A DNA stretch of 64,000 bases from Chrysomallon squamiferum. Its lineage: Eukaryota; Animalia; Mollusca. Below, piece by piece: positions 39,921 to 53,600 of this stretch (positions within the stretch are counted from its first letter, which is position 1; the number at the start of each line of letters is the position of its first letter). The stretch lies in contig CM022673.1 in assembly GCA_012295275.1 (NCBI GenBank), forward strand, positions 14,508,001-14,572,000, given 5' to 3'. The notes below the pieces were generated by a model. It was not told where the DNA came from, did no database searches, and worked only from the letters and a program-made list of their open reading frames with translations. Made by a program: the position numbers and the translations under genes.

Positions 39921-41026
39921 AAAGATTTATTTTATTATACTGGGTTATTTCCCTTCAGAAATTTTGTGTTTGATTTAACTTCTTTTTTTTTTAATCATTA
40001 TTACCATCATCTTTTTATCATCATCATCATTGTTGTTATCAATATCATCATCATCATTTATTATCATCATTATCATGTTCAGGGGGGAAAAAAATAGAAT
40101 CTTTCAGCAAGATTTGAAATAGGTTACTAAAGGCTTTCTAGGTGTTTGGCATTTCACTACTGATTCAGTTAACTCGTTCAGTTCTTGGAATAAGTAAAGA
40201 TTATAAAAATCTAAATTGCTGACTTCTTGCTGGGTATTGTAGACGTGTTTAACAAACTCTTGTTCCCGTGATAGTCATGCTACAACCATTGGTTTCATAT
40301 CAACGTTTACGTTAACTAACACTGCTGCCGTCGGCTTGATGCGTTTTTCAATTTTACTACTTACGCGATCTGCTACGTCAGTCTAATGGTTAGGTCATTC
40401 ACACACAGTCGATAGACGTTTTAGTATCAAACGTCGTCGCTGGGGGGACATCTGTCGTCTTTAGTTTAAAAAAAAAAAAAAAAAAATTTAAAAAACGTTC
40501 TCAGAGCAACGTCAAGCAATATTAGTGGTAAACTTTTTGTGAAATTGTGCAGTTCTCTCCACCGCTTGTAAAATACGTTCTTCTTTAATGGCGCGATTCC
40601 CCCTGAAGGCACATAATAGTTCAAGTGACAAGAGCGCGTCTCCGCTCTCGGTTTAATGGAAAATTGGTTATTTCGCCACGTAACAAAGGCTTCGCTCTCT
40701 GATATATCATCGAGACTCCCAGTACGAGAGGAGATGTGCGAGAGTCTCTCTCTGTCGTGGCTGAGACTTAGAGAGAGAAAAGTTTACTTAGCAGACTCGA
40801 GACGGCAGAGAGGAAACATGGATGTAGACAGGACTCGAGAGACCGCCTCACTCAGCTAATGTGATTCCCAGCACGAGGTGATCCTCTTTTTTTTTAATGT
40901 CTATAAATAGATTCACCGCAGCAGGTGTGATATCAAGTAAAATGTAAAATGTAAAAAAAAAAAAAAAAAAAGTTTTTTTTTAAATATTTTTTTTTTAAAA
41001 GAAGAAAAGAAACAAATGAATGAATG

Positions 41027-41060
<34 letters not shown>

Positions 41061-41413
41061 TTCGGATACGTACACAAACGTATACAGGTGCGCGCGCACT
41101 CTCACATACATAAAGTGCCAAAAAACAAAAACAAGTCAACTAATTACTCTAAATATGCAATAAGGCGGCATTAAAAGTCATACATGTAATTATTCACCAC
41201 GTAATGACGGTTATTTTACTCCAAAATATATATTAATACATTTTATGGTGCAGTTTTGAAATCAACATCTCATTAGGAGTTTTATTTTTTTTAAATCTTC
41301 AATTCCGCTTCCTGACAGTTTAAGAAATTAACACACGTAATTCTTTTTAAGTGACGCAGTTGTATTGACAAACTCCCAGCGAGAAATAACTCGCTTTGTT
41401 CGTGTTATTCCAG

Positions 41414-41493
41414 GTGCGAACATTTAATGCGTTACGCTGCAGCTTATTAACATTGATGTTCTGTTACCGCACGACTGGAGAACAGTCGACAAG
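41414..41493 (+). other. Candidate 80-nt exon (alternative acceptor at 41443)
   Basis: Acceptor ctttgttcgtgttattccag and a consensus donor AAG|GTGAGT at 41494. Confidence 0.5.
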
Positions 41494-42019
41494 GTGAGTT
41501 CTGATACTCGACTGGTAATGAATGGTCCGCTTAGCGACTGTTGAGTTGCTTTTCTTAACTGCGATTCTGTTGACCATGTTCAGTTGTTGTTGTTGTTTTT
41601 TTATTATTATTCCGTCCATATTCTTAAAATTCTCTGCTACGAATAAGAGCGTGAATTACAGAATTAAATAATTAATTGCATAAAAAGAAAAAAGAAAAAT
41701 ACAAAAATAATAACTTTATTTCAAAGACTTTTTCTTATTATAATAACAATAACAACAAGAGACTAATGATGATGATGTTTATGATTATTATTATTATTAT
41801 TATTATTATTATTGTTAAAATAACAACGGCAATCAAGTTGAAAATGATAACAAAATAATAACATTATTTAATCTGTAGAACGTTAATCTTAGGAATGATG
41901 GTTCAATCCTCTTTAGTGAGTTTTCTAGTATATTTTCCTATTCTAATCTGTAATTTATACGTATTCATTATATATATCTAGAAATACGTACGTCAAATAG
42001 AGTTCGTAGTCATTGTATG

Positions 42020-42250
42020 TAGAAGTAGGTTTTTATTATATACTGAAATATGTATTTATTATATACAGAAGTACGCATTTATTATATACAGAAGCACGAA
42101 TTTATTGTATACAGAAGTACGTATTTATTGTATCCAGAAATAAGTCTTTATTATATACTGGAGTACGTATTTATTATATACAGAGGTATGTATTTATTAA
42201 TTACAGAAATACGTATTTATTGTATACAGAAGTACGTATTTACTGCATAC
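42020..42250. repeat. Minisatellite, 23-bp unit (gtatttattatatacagaagtac), about 10 copies
   Basis: Recurrent tttatt(a/g)tatacagaagtacg. Confidence 0.88.
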
Positions 42251-42603
42251 GGAGACACTAAATTATTCCTGTCAAAGAATGATTTGTTATGTGGATGAAT
42301 GAACATTCAAAACGGTTATGAAATAAGTTTTCCTTTCATAAGTAAACGCTGTGATAAAATTTCTGTAGAACTTAGGAAATTCACGTAAAGAAATAAAAAC
42401 GTTTTTTTTTTTTTTTTTTTTTCTTCTTCTTCCGAGCTTCAGCTAATGACGACTTGTGACTAATTCTTGTTACTGGAGAACACAGGCGATGTGAACATAT
42501 CGATTTGAAACGAGCCATTATGAGAAAGACGTCTTTCTCTCAGCTACACCAAAAACTGCGAGTTTTTTTTTTTTTTCCTGCCCAAAAAGCCATCGCATTA
42601 GTG

Positions 42604-42634
<31 letters not shown>

Positions 42635-42881
42635 CTTTTCTTTCTTTGCTAATAACAGTTCGACATTTCCGACGACTTAAACACCGTGGATGTATCCTGC
42701 AGATGTTTTCAAAGTCAGCTGTCCTATTGATAAAAAGGACAAATACATTTTAAAACCACTAAACAGACATGGACTTTACAACAAATAACAATTTAAAAAA
42801 AAAAAAAAATTGTTGATATGTATTAACATTAAAATAGATTCTTATAATTATTCACCATTTTGGTATATTTAACTTAGTTTT

Positions 42882-42945
42882 ACACCCAATAGCCGGTGTA
42901 TTTTTTTGTGTTGGGGTGTCGTTAAACATTCATTCATTCATTCAT
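42882..42945 (+). mobile_element. 3' end of a SINE (5'-truncated) with a (CATT)n tail
   Basis: acacccaatagccggtgtatttttttgtgttggggtgtcgttaaa followed by (catt)n. GTGTCGTTAAAC plus a short tandem tail is the typical 3' terminus of gastropod tRNA-SINEs as I recall them. Confidence 0.7.
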
Positions 42946-43189
42946 ATTAATATTAAAATAAATTCTTACTGTAATTATTAATGCATATTAATATTATAAT
43001 TTACAATCTAACTATAATTAATAATACATATCAGTATTAAAACACAGTCTTACTAAAGAAGAGTTACTAATTGTTACGGTTATAGTGATGTATATTAAAA
43101 TACGATTTTATTGAATGTATAATTAATATGTGGTATTACTCAAATTATGAATAATAATATATATTTTAATCTAGTGTAAAATTATCATA

Positions 43190-43237
43190 CAGCAGAGTGG
43201 AACGAAAAGTATAAATATATTTTATTGTACATAGTCT

Positions 43238-43269
<32 letters not shown>

Positions 43270-43315
43270 TTTTTTTTAAATTTGTTTTTTTGAAATATTA
43301 TTATTACAGTTGTTG

Positions 43316-43359
<44 letters not shown>

Positions 43360-43360
43360 A

Positions 43361-43392
<32 letters not shown>

Positions 43393-43719
43393 TTTTTTTT
43401 TTTTTCTTCATTTTACATATAAATCTTTTAGGTACTAAAACAAAAAAGTTAATAATAAAGTGAAAAATCTTTTAAATCTGATTTACATTTATTTTAATGG
43501 ACTTTAAATCTCTCTGTTAACTCTGGTAAGGTTTTGATATCTTCCAGAGGACAATATCAACTTACAACCTATATATCTGACAACAGTAATAATAATAACA
43601 GCACCACCACTACCACCATCACTACAAACAGTACAGCAACAGCAACTTCAAAAACAATAAAACAAACAACAATATAACAATAACAACAGAAACAACAACA
43701 GTAATAATAATAATAATAA

Positions 43720-43750
<31 letters not shown>

Positions 43751-43810
43751 AAGAAGAAGAAGAAAACGAAGAAGAAGAAAGACAGTAATTTCTGATGATC
43801 ATCATCATAA
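43190..43810. repeat. Cluster of (TTTA)n, (ATT)n, (CAA)n and (GAA)n simple repeats
   Basis: Read directly from the sequence. Confidence 0.9.
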
Positions 43811-44484
43811 AAAATAATGATAACTAGAAGAAAAAACTCAAACAAATAAGAAAAAAAAGTGAAGATAGACGAGAAGATTCTAAAGAGGAGAGACAGAAGA
43901 ACGCAGAAGATAAATAAACTTCAAAGTTTTTTCAGCGGGAATACAAATGACACTTCAGACGTGTTAGTCGGTTAACTAAGTGACTGTTTCCCGGTCATAC
44001 ATAAATGTCAGAGTTAAACCCGAGACAGAGGCGTAACACGTCAAAACGTAATGTTTAATGTTGCGCAATGGTAACAGGAGGCCAGTATAGGTGTTAGCAT
44101 GACACAGAGTACCAGTGTAATGTGTGTTAACCATGTTAATGATGACCTTGACGTTCTAAATGAAAACTGAAGGAACATTTATTTTTTTGGATTATTTATA
44201 GAATGAGCTAAATCAAAAACACGTTGCTATGATTTGTATACAGACATTGATGTTGATTAGATCAGCAAAAAATAAAATAAAATAAAATAAAAAATAAATA
44301 CAATAAAATAATAATAATAATAAGGTAAAAATAATTATAACAACAATAACAACAAAACAACAACAACTACAACAATAACAACAACAACAACAATAATAAT
44401 AATAATAATAATAATAAATAATAATAATAATAAATTTCGTAGTTAATTCCATTTCAATAAATATATATGTGTATATGTAAGTAT

Positions 44485-44705
44485 ATCTGTAAATTAGATA
44501 ATATATTTATAAAAACGTGAAAAATAAAACTTTAACTTAGATAGTATATTTATAAAAATGTCACAAATATAAGTCTAAATTAGATAGCATATTTATAAAA
44601 CCGTGACAAATATAACTCTAAATTAGATAGCATTTTTATAAAAGCGTGCCAAGGATAACTGTAAATTAGTATAATTACAACTGCGTGACAGATATAACTC
44701 TAAGT
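44485..44705. repeat. Minisatellite, about 43-bp unit (atttataaaaacgtgacaaatataactctaaattagatagcat), about 5 copies
   Basis: Recurrent aaattagatag...atttataaaa blocks. Confidence 0.82.
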
Positions 44706-46618
44706 TATTCTAAATCAATGAAAAAGTCTCGACGTTAAATCGACTCGTGTTATTTTGTTATTTTCGTCCGTCTTTAAGCCGTGACCCAAAATTTATTAGT
44801 AGAACAAAGGGACGTAACTTATTGTCATGAAGAATAGCTATGCCGTTGCTCTCTGTGTTTTATTACAGGCTATTGTCTTCGTGTGCACAGGAACCGGACC
44901 CATTATTCAGAGAGATGTATTTGCATCATGTTTTGACCTTTCACACGTTACAAAACTCTTCTTTCTCAGACGCTGAGAGACAGCCTTGTAGTACGTTCGT
45001 CCTCGCGTGTCTGAGGAACATTTAATCTTTAAATCTCTTACGATAAAATGATACACGTGTTAGGCTACAGACTCTTATCTTCTTCTTTTTTCTTTTTTTA
45101 TTTCTTTTGAATTCTGAATTTTTATTTAATTTTTTTTCGGCATTTTTTTATGTATTAATTTATCAGTTTCTCAAATTTTTTTTTTTTCAAATGTATTCTT
45201 GTTTTTGTTTTTCTTAATATTTTTTTCCATATTTCTCACTTTCTTACTATTTTTTTTTCTTTCTTTGTTCATTCTTTCTTAGTAAACTTTTAGTTGATAT
45301 TATTTCATATAATTTCTTTCTTTTTCTTAAATTATATTTTTCCCCCTTCTTTTACTTGTTTTTTTTTTTTAGTTTCATTCTACAGAAATATATTTTCCTT
45401 TTTTTCTTTTCTTTCTTTCCTGCTGTTGAAAAGGTTTTTTTATATAGATTTTATCTCTTTTCCTTCATTTTTTTTTTATTATTATTTTTTTTACTCTATC
45501 TTCTTTTCTTTCAAAGTGTCGTTTTCAGCTCTTTTTTATATTGTTATTTTTTATTACTTTTGTCTGAAGGTTGAATTTCACTGAAAACTGTGAGTAGCAA
45601 AAACCAAATGTCAGGCAGGCACGTGCTTAAAACAAAATGTCCGTTTGTCTGTCTGTCTGTCTGTTAAACACATTACATCAAAGATTTCATGTTCGCAACA
45701 AACTGTCCATACAAATTTATATATTTTTAGTCTTATAAATAAATAAATAAATAAAAATACAACTTTTTACTATGACATATAAGATGACTGTAAAGTATAT
45801 CTAAATAAAGCTAATGTATAATGTATTACAGATAAACTGAAAACACCAGGTAGATCTGTAGACAGATAGGTAGTTTGGCAGTTGGGCAGCCAGAAAGAAA
45901 GAAACACACGCAGATTCACAGACAGGCAGAGACTCACAGAGAGACAGACGAGGCAGGCGGACGAAAATAAACTAAAAAACAAAATGTAAAGCAGGAGATT
46001 ATCATTAACACTGGGAGCGTGTTGAACAAGGTGTGGACTGTGTAAATAAAATATGACGACGGTGGAGTCATTAACAGAAGCGGATGATTTGGAAGCGTTA
46101 ACAGCGGGTGCTAGGTGGGACTGCGGTCGTTACTCATTACAAGTGTCACCAGTAATTATTTTCACACAGGAAATATCACACTCTCACGCACAGGCGCTTA
46201 GAGGGCCTGGTCGGAACGGGAAATAAAATAAATGCAGGTCAAAGAGCAAACAGCAGTTCTGTCGTTTCCAATATGTTTATTTTATAGAGAACGTAGCTGG
46301 AACGGGTATGATATCATCATCATCATTATTATTATTATTATTATGATGATGATGATGATGATTATTATTATTATTAATGTTGTATGACATATAATTTAAG
46401 CAGAACGTATTTCATTTTTCAAGTTTTGATATATCTGTACAACGACAATTAAACCTTAAACCTGAAAGAATTAATATACAAAACAATGATACAGCAACAA
46501 TGACAATAAAGAAATAAATAAAGAAACAAAGACAGAAAGAAAGAACGTAAGAAGAAAATGCCCCAGAACAGAAAAAAACAAAAACAAGATAAAAATACAT
46601 CAGAACTAAAAGTGATAA

Positions 46619-46621
<3 letters not shown>

Positions 46622-46679
<58 letters not shown>

Positions 46680-46975
46680 TCTTTTCTTTCCTCGTTTGAA
46701 TGTTTTGGTTTTGGTTTATGAGCCAAAATATGCTAGAATCATATTGTCCACTAATTAACCCTTTGCCTGTTAGCCACGAGTCGCTTGAACAGTATTGTAT
46801 AAGAAGAAAACTCGCTCCATTCCAAGACTGCACCGTTTGAGCTCGCAGTTTTTCTCCAGCAAACCGATGTTACTTTGTTACTAGTTAAAAACTTGAGACT
46901 TTTTCTGTTTTAATTTCCTCCCTCTTTGTTAGCCTGCACAAAACCATATTCTGTATTAAATCAGTGTTCTTACTC

Positions 46976-47033
<58 letters not shown>
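46622..47033. repeat. (TC)n at 46622-46675 and (TTA)n at 46979-47033
   Basis: Read directly from the sequence. Confidence 0.9.
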
Positions 47034-48119
47034 GAGTAGTACTAATAGTAGTAGTAGTAACAGAGGTAGTAGTTGTTGATCTTATTGTTGTAGTAGAAAT
47101 ATTAGTTTACATGCGTTCTGTATTTAATCAATTTATTTGTTGTTTGTATCAAAACTTTTCATCTATATTCTTTAAAACCTAAGATTTTTTTTCTTTCTTC
47201 CAGTTCTTCTTCTTTTTTTTTTTTTTTTTTTTTTTGTTAACACCAAAAACTTCAACAATAATCTGTATTAAATGCATGACTTCTTTTTTTGTTTGTTTCT
47301 TTCTTTTTTTGTTACAAGCAAGAATCTCAACCATACTCTGTATTAAATCCATCCCCTTTTTGTTAGCACCAACTACTGGCACACTGTATTCTGTATTAAA
47401 TCCGTCCCTTTGTTGTTAGCACACCGAGTTGGGCAAGCATTACTGGCGTCAAATGTTTGTGCTAATTAGTGTAAGCAGGTAACACGTGTTTTGAGGAAAA
47501 ACGTGCTCGAGTAATTACTTAATCCGCACAGGTGAACGAGTACCGCCAGGTGCAACAAACACGCGTATGTCTTGTTTGTTAACAGTTCGAACTGAGTAAC
47601 TCTGTGCACGTTTTTTTTTTTTTTTTTTTTTTTCACAGTTAGCTAAAAATGTGTTATTTCAAATGTGTTATTTTAATTTACATTAAACTCATTGAAAAAG
47701 GAAAGCAGAGCAACAACAAAACAGTAGAAATTCGCCTGTAACGTCTCTGCACGTTTTACTAATAAATGTGTCAAATAAAAAAAAAAAAGTTTTAAATATG
47801 ATTATGACACCAGAGAATAAACCTGCCACTGTAATAGTTTACTATCAACGAAGAGCGGGAAGGAGTATCGTATTATTAACACACTTCTTAAACGGAGTGT
47901 GAACGTTTGGGGTCTGGAATGATTTACTCTTTTTTTTTTTTTTTTTTTCAAAAATTATTTTATACGAAAAACACTAGGTTATATACACTGTAAGTGAAAT
48001 AGAGTTAAAGTCTGCAGACTTTCTGTTTAGCAGTGACATTTTAGAAGCATGTAGATCAGAGTAAACTGCTTTTCTGATAATTGTTGATTACCATTGACAA
48101 CTTTTCCTACTGCCTGGAA

Positions 48120-48445
<326 letters not shown>

Positions 48446-48854
48446 TTATAACTATTATTTCCTTATTGCTATCTCCAGTTAGTTTAAATATCTCTATTAG
48501 CTTATACAAAAGTGTGTTGTTGTAGTAAAATCATGGCATCAGTTTCAGACAACGTGTACGACTGGGCTGACGTCGTATAACAAAGACCACATGGCTGTGT
48601 TTTGCGATGTATTAAAGATGTTATGAGAACTAAGTGACTTTGATTTGTAGTCAGCCTCGTTCTCGTCTCATATTTCATTTCTCCGGGGACCCGAAGCCGA
48701 CTTTTCGCTTTGTCATAATTCATAATCTTTTCTTAATTGTAGTCTGCCTGTGGTCACCTTGATTCACGGACATCTAATGGCAGGAGACAAAAATCAAATA
48801 AGATTATTAACAATTTTATATTTATTTGTTTTTCTATCAGTGCAGTTTTAAACC

Positions 48855-48880
48855 ATGATGATGATAATGATGTTGATGAA

Positions 48881-48911
<31 letters not shown>

Positions 48912-49045
48912 TTTATAGTGGTTACGATATTTGTATTGGTGATGATAATGTGTTGCTGCTGTTGACGATGATCTAAGTCTTTATGTTAATGATAATGTGT
49001 TGCTGCTGTTGATGATGATCTGAGTCTTTATGCTAATGATAATGA
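48855..49045. repeat. (GAT)n microsatellite plus a 48-bp tandem duplication (atgataatgtgttgctgctgttga...gtctttatg)
   Basis: Two adjacent near-identical copies at about 48942-49040. Confidence 0.88.
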
Positions 49046-50629
49046 TCACCATAAATGATGACAATAAAGCTGACAGTGATAACGATGTCAATAATGATGA
49101 TAATCAAGTCGATGATTTCTGTTATTGATTGCGATCATAATGACGAACGCTGATGACGTTGGTGTCGCTGAGGATGATAATGTCTTAGATAGTTGTTTTA
49201 TTAATTAAAATAATAACTCTAAATTCTTAAAATATGTGCACAGATCAAACACATTTATCAACAAGCGTCGTTACGTTCTTTATAATTACAAAACTCGAGA
49301 TCCTCGCTGCTTCCTATCTCCATCGAAAATCTTGCAAGAATAATCAGGAATAACCTCCCCTGACCTGATCGCAGATTGACGTCACACGAGGAAATATATA
49401 ACATTAATGAAAACACAGAGACAGCAGAATTAACTGTTTGAGGCGATATTAGAAATAAAAACTGAATTATACAGAAAATAAAGACGTCTGTTCTGTTAAT
49501 AAAATCAGTGTTTTCAGGACGGCTTTATTATTATTATTATTATTATCATCATCATCATCATCATCATCATCATCGTCATTATTATTATTATTACTCTTGT
49601 TGTTGTTCTGATCATTATTATTCATACTACTACTACACTTTAATTATTATTATTATTATTGTTATTATTATTATATCATCATTATCATTGTTACGAATGT
49701 GAATTATTTAAATTCAAAACGTGACTGTTAAGGCCAAAATGTCACTTTTAAATTATTTAGTTTGACACTTGATTGTAAAATGATTGACACCTTATTTGTA
49801 TTCGATTGTAATTTAATTTGAACTTAAAATAATTTAATTTCTGAACATAATGTAATTAAATTTGTATTTAAAAATTAGCGTATGATAGCGTAATTACAGA
49901 AATGCAATCATAACATGGACGGTTGAAGTACGCCTGTGATGGACATAATCTTTAACAAAGCTTTTTTGTTAAATGACAGGTCAAGCACGGTTTACTTGCA
50001 TTGTGTTTGAGTGGGATGTCAAATGCGCTGTCATTAGCTGGCGATCAAATCACGTGACCGACACAATCGTCTGCTGTAATCTACATTTCTATTAAATGAT
50101 GCTAATCGGCACGTTCCGGAGAACTCAGAGATTGATATACGGACATGCGCAGTTGAAAATAATCTGAAGTGCAACATAATTGTTCTGTCGTGTCTGATGG
50201 AAAGATGAGAGATTTTTTCCTCTGATTTCTTAGTTCTCACTAAAACGCCATTACTGCCTGTCTTTCTCATCAAAGCGGTCTTTGTTTTTCTTTCTATTTT
50301 TAGCTCGCATTCGAACACCTCTCAGACCTTATCTCCACCCATCTCTGGTTAGAATTACTGCTTCTGTTTTAACCACTGATCACAGACATATTTTATGTCT
50401 TGAAGAAACAAAACAACACCAACCAACGAGCCAGAAAAACAAACAAATAAATTAAGAGACATAGAAAGAAAGTAATAAACCATGTGGAAAAAAACCCCAA
50501 AACTTACAAAAATAACAAGAAACTAATGAGTGAAAGAAAAAAAAAAATGAAGGATAAGTGAAAGAGAAAAAATTTAATGAAAAATTAAAATGTATGTGTT
50601 TGGAAAAAATTAAAAAGGAACATCATATG

Positions 50630-51063
50630 TGGAGTGACTGATTTTGTTTTGTCAAATAAGTGTATGATTTTGTATTGTCAAGTGGATGTATGATTTTGTA
50701 CTGTCAAGTGAGTGTATGATTTTGTACTGTCAAGTGAGTTTATGATTTTGTACTGTCAAGTGAGTTTATGATTTTGTACTGTCAAGTGAGTTTATGATTT
50801 TGTACTGTCAAGTGAGTGTATGATTTTGTACTGTCAATTGAGTGTATGATTTTGTATGTCGAGTGAATGTATGATTTTGAACTGTCAAGTGAGTGTATGA
50901 TTTTGTATTGTCAAGTGAGTGTATGATTTTGTACTGTCAAGTGAATTTATGATTTTGAACTGTCAAGTGAGTTTATGATTTTGTACTGTCAAGTGAGTTT
51001 ATGATTTTGTACTGTCAAGTGAATTTATGATTTTGAACTGTCAAGTGAGTGTATGATTTTGTA
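50630..51063. repeat. Minisatellite, 26-bp unit (tgattttgtactgtcaagtgagt[g/t]ta), about 16-17 copies
   Basis: tgatttt anchors at 50691 and 50717 give period 26; no spacers. Confidence 0.96.
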
Positions 51064-53519
51064 ATTGAATGTGCGGAGGTTGCGGAGACTCTTAAACACA
51101 CATTTATTTCCTTAATTCAGACTGAATAAACAAGATCATCTGCCATAACAGTCGTCTTCAAAGAAAAACTTCGAACATTTATGATGAAAAAACTTCCTCT
51201 AAATAAATATAATTTAAAGCAAATATTGGCATATCAATAACGCCTCTTCTATTTGCTTTGGCCGATAACCCTGCAGAATAATTCAATTTCGCTAGGTTCG
51301 GATCAACTCGGTGTTCAATCGTCGTGCTGCCCCCTCTGAGCGAGTCACCCGTCCAGCGAATCAGAGTCCGCCCTGGGCCAGTTGGCGATGTTCAATTTGT
51401 GACAAGCTTCCACTTAGAATATCCATTTTGATGGAAAAATTCAGAGTCCCGAGCAAAAAGCGCTTTTGGCAAGCACAATTTAAAATTCTTATTACCTTAG
51501 GAACGCAGACAGATGAAATTGCTATTTTCGTTGTTCTGGTTTGCATCTTAACTTTTGCTAAGCCTGTTTGCTGAGATCGTCTAAGGTTATCAAATTTGCA
51601 TCATGTCTTCTGCACTTCCATTCCCCGCATGGAGTGCACGCTTTATATAGATTTATTTCCTGGCTTAAACCATTCACGGAGTTTTTATTTGCAGCACAAA
51701 GTGATCATCCAGTTTGTGCCTCGATAGTTCTCACTTAATACTGGAGCGCGTCACCAGCATACAAAACAGAAAGTTTTCATAAACTGAACACAGCGGTCTG
51801 AAGGGCAAAAATAAAAAATAACCCATTTATTATCATTTTTCTCTTTACAGAAATTTCTTTCTTTCTTTCGTTCTTCTTCTTTTCATCCTTCTTCTTCTTA
51901 GTTGTCTTGATCAATCACTTCATTAGGAAACTATCATCATCAACAACTATCGTTGTTGCTGCTGCTGCTGCTACTGTTCCTGCTTCTTAGTCGTCTTACA
52001 TTTCAGTATATTTCTGTGGTAGGTACTGTCGTGTCTATATATAAAGAGTCCCATAAAAGAATTCTAACTGATGATTAGAAAAGCAGTCTCTTTTGTTTGC
52101 GTGGAATATGTTTCTCCATCACGTAAATCATCGGAATGTAAAAAGTGATAATGGCATTGTCAACGATTTTCAAATCACGCTGGGCTACGTTAAAATAATG
52201 ACAGGCAAACACACAGACAGACACAAAATACACATTAGGAAGAGATAAACAGAGCGATATGAAATAGTGTTTTGTAAATATTGATGATGTAAAAACACAA
52301 GCTGTGTCCACACTGTCAAGGCCTGCTGATAAACGCAAACAGACAAACAGACAGATGAGCAATAAAACAATTAATTTAATTTTCATCCGCGTCACGCCGC
52401 GCGAGGACACAAAACAAACGCTTGATGCTCGGCAGGTGTTCGCGCGCTGTTGAGTGTGTTTTGTCAAACCTAGCGACCAGAACTGACAACAGAGATGAAA
52501 CCAGTTCGAAACTTTTGTTTCTCGAAGTCGGTGTGGATGCCGATGTATTATTCTCCGATGACAGTAAACGCACAGTGACGTCATAATGTTTACAATCACT
52601 TAATGAAATTTCTCATCAAACGAGATGATTATGTACAGTACATTGATCGCCACTTCAAATTGCGCACTAATAGGTGCATGAAGTTACTTTTCTCTGTGTT
52701 TACTTATTTATAGAGGCGAGAAAAGAAATATTATTAATTGGCATGGCATTTTGAAAATGTGCTTTAACCGAAAATTATCTCAGGCCTTCGTTATTGACTG
52801 CAGCTGTACCCACTCACCTCATTAAGACAATTAAAAACAGAAACGCATGAGCCACATGAGAGTTGTCTCCCGTATTGGTAATTCTTCTGCGAATTGACGG
52901 CTTAATATAACACATCACGGTTTGATTCCCACATCACGGTGAAATCGCCCGTGAAGCTGTCTCCCAAAGTGAAACCGCTCTCATCGCTTAACAGCTCCCG
53001 ATTTCGAAGTCTATTCCCACATTAGTTCTTAGATCACGTCAACCCTGTTACACAGTGTGCACGTGTGCTGACATGCGTATGTTACAATGTGTATATGTGT
53101 GTAATGTCAGTATGTGCACAAGAGTATACACGTAATCTAATATACATATGTGTGCGTTACTATGTGCTTACGTGTGAAGTGTCTATGAAATATTATCTAA
53201 ATGCGTCTACGTTACAATAAGTGATATACATGTAAAAACGTGAGAAGTGTGTACGATAAAATATGTACGTTACAACGTACTTGTAATAATGTTGTGTTGA
53301 ACGTTTCAGACAAGTTCACAGAGATAAAACTTGACTCTGGAGAAAAAAAAAATAAAATAAACATCTCAGAGAATACAGCAATAAATCTGTAAAACATTTT
53401 TATTTTTCTCAAAATTAATTTCTGTTAAACATGGCTGCACTCGTTCTTTGTAACTGTCAGAGTTTTAATTGCCACGGTACAAGGGTTTCTCGTCAAGTGC
53501 ACGTTGAAAACGTGCTTAA

Positions 53520-53600
53520 TTAACTTGGTAAGTTGAGATGACGACTGATTGCTTTGTGAATCAGGTAAAGTGAGTTCGAATCCTGTTAACGGCGAGTTTA
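53520..53600 (+). mobile_element. Possible decayed tRNA-derived SINE head
   Basis: B-box GTTCGAATCC at 53574-53583 with a weak A-box-like taacttgg about 50 bp upstream. Does not fold as a cloverleaf. Confidence 0.3.

Noticed and set aside
52075-52599. 174-aa minus ORF, the longest in the track
   Set aside because: It crosses degenerate (GACA)n sequence, has a non-ATG start and shows no domain signature or splice support.
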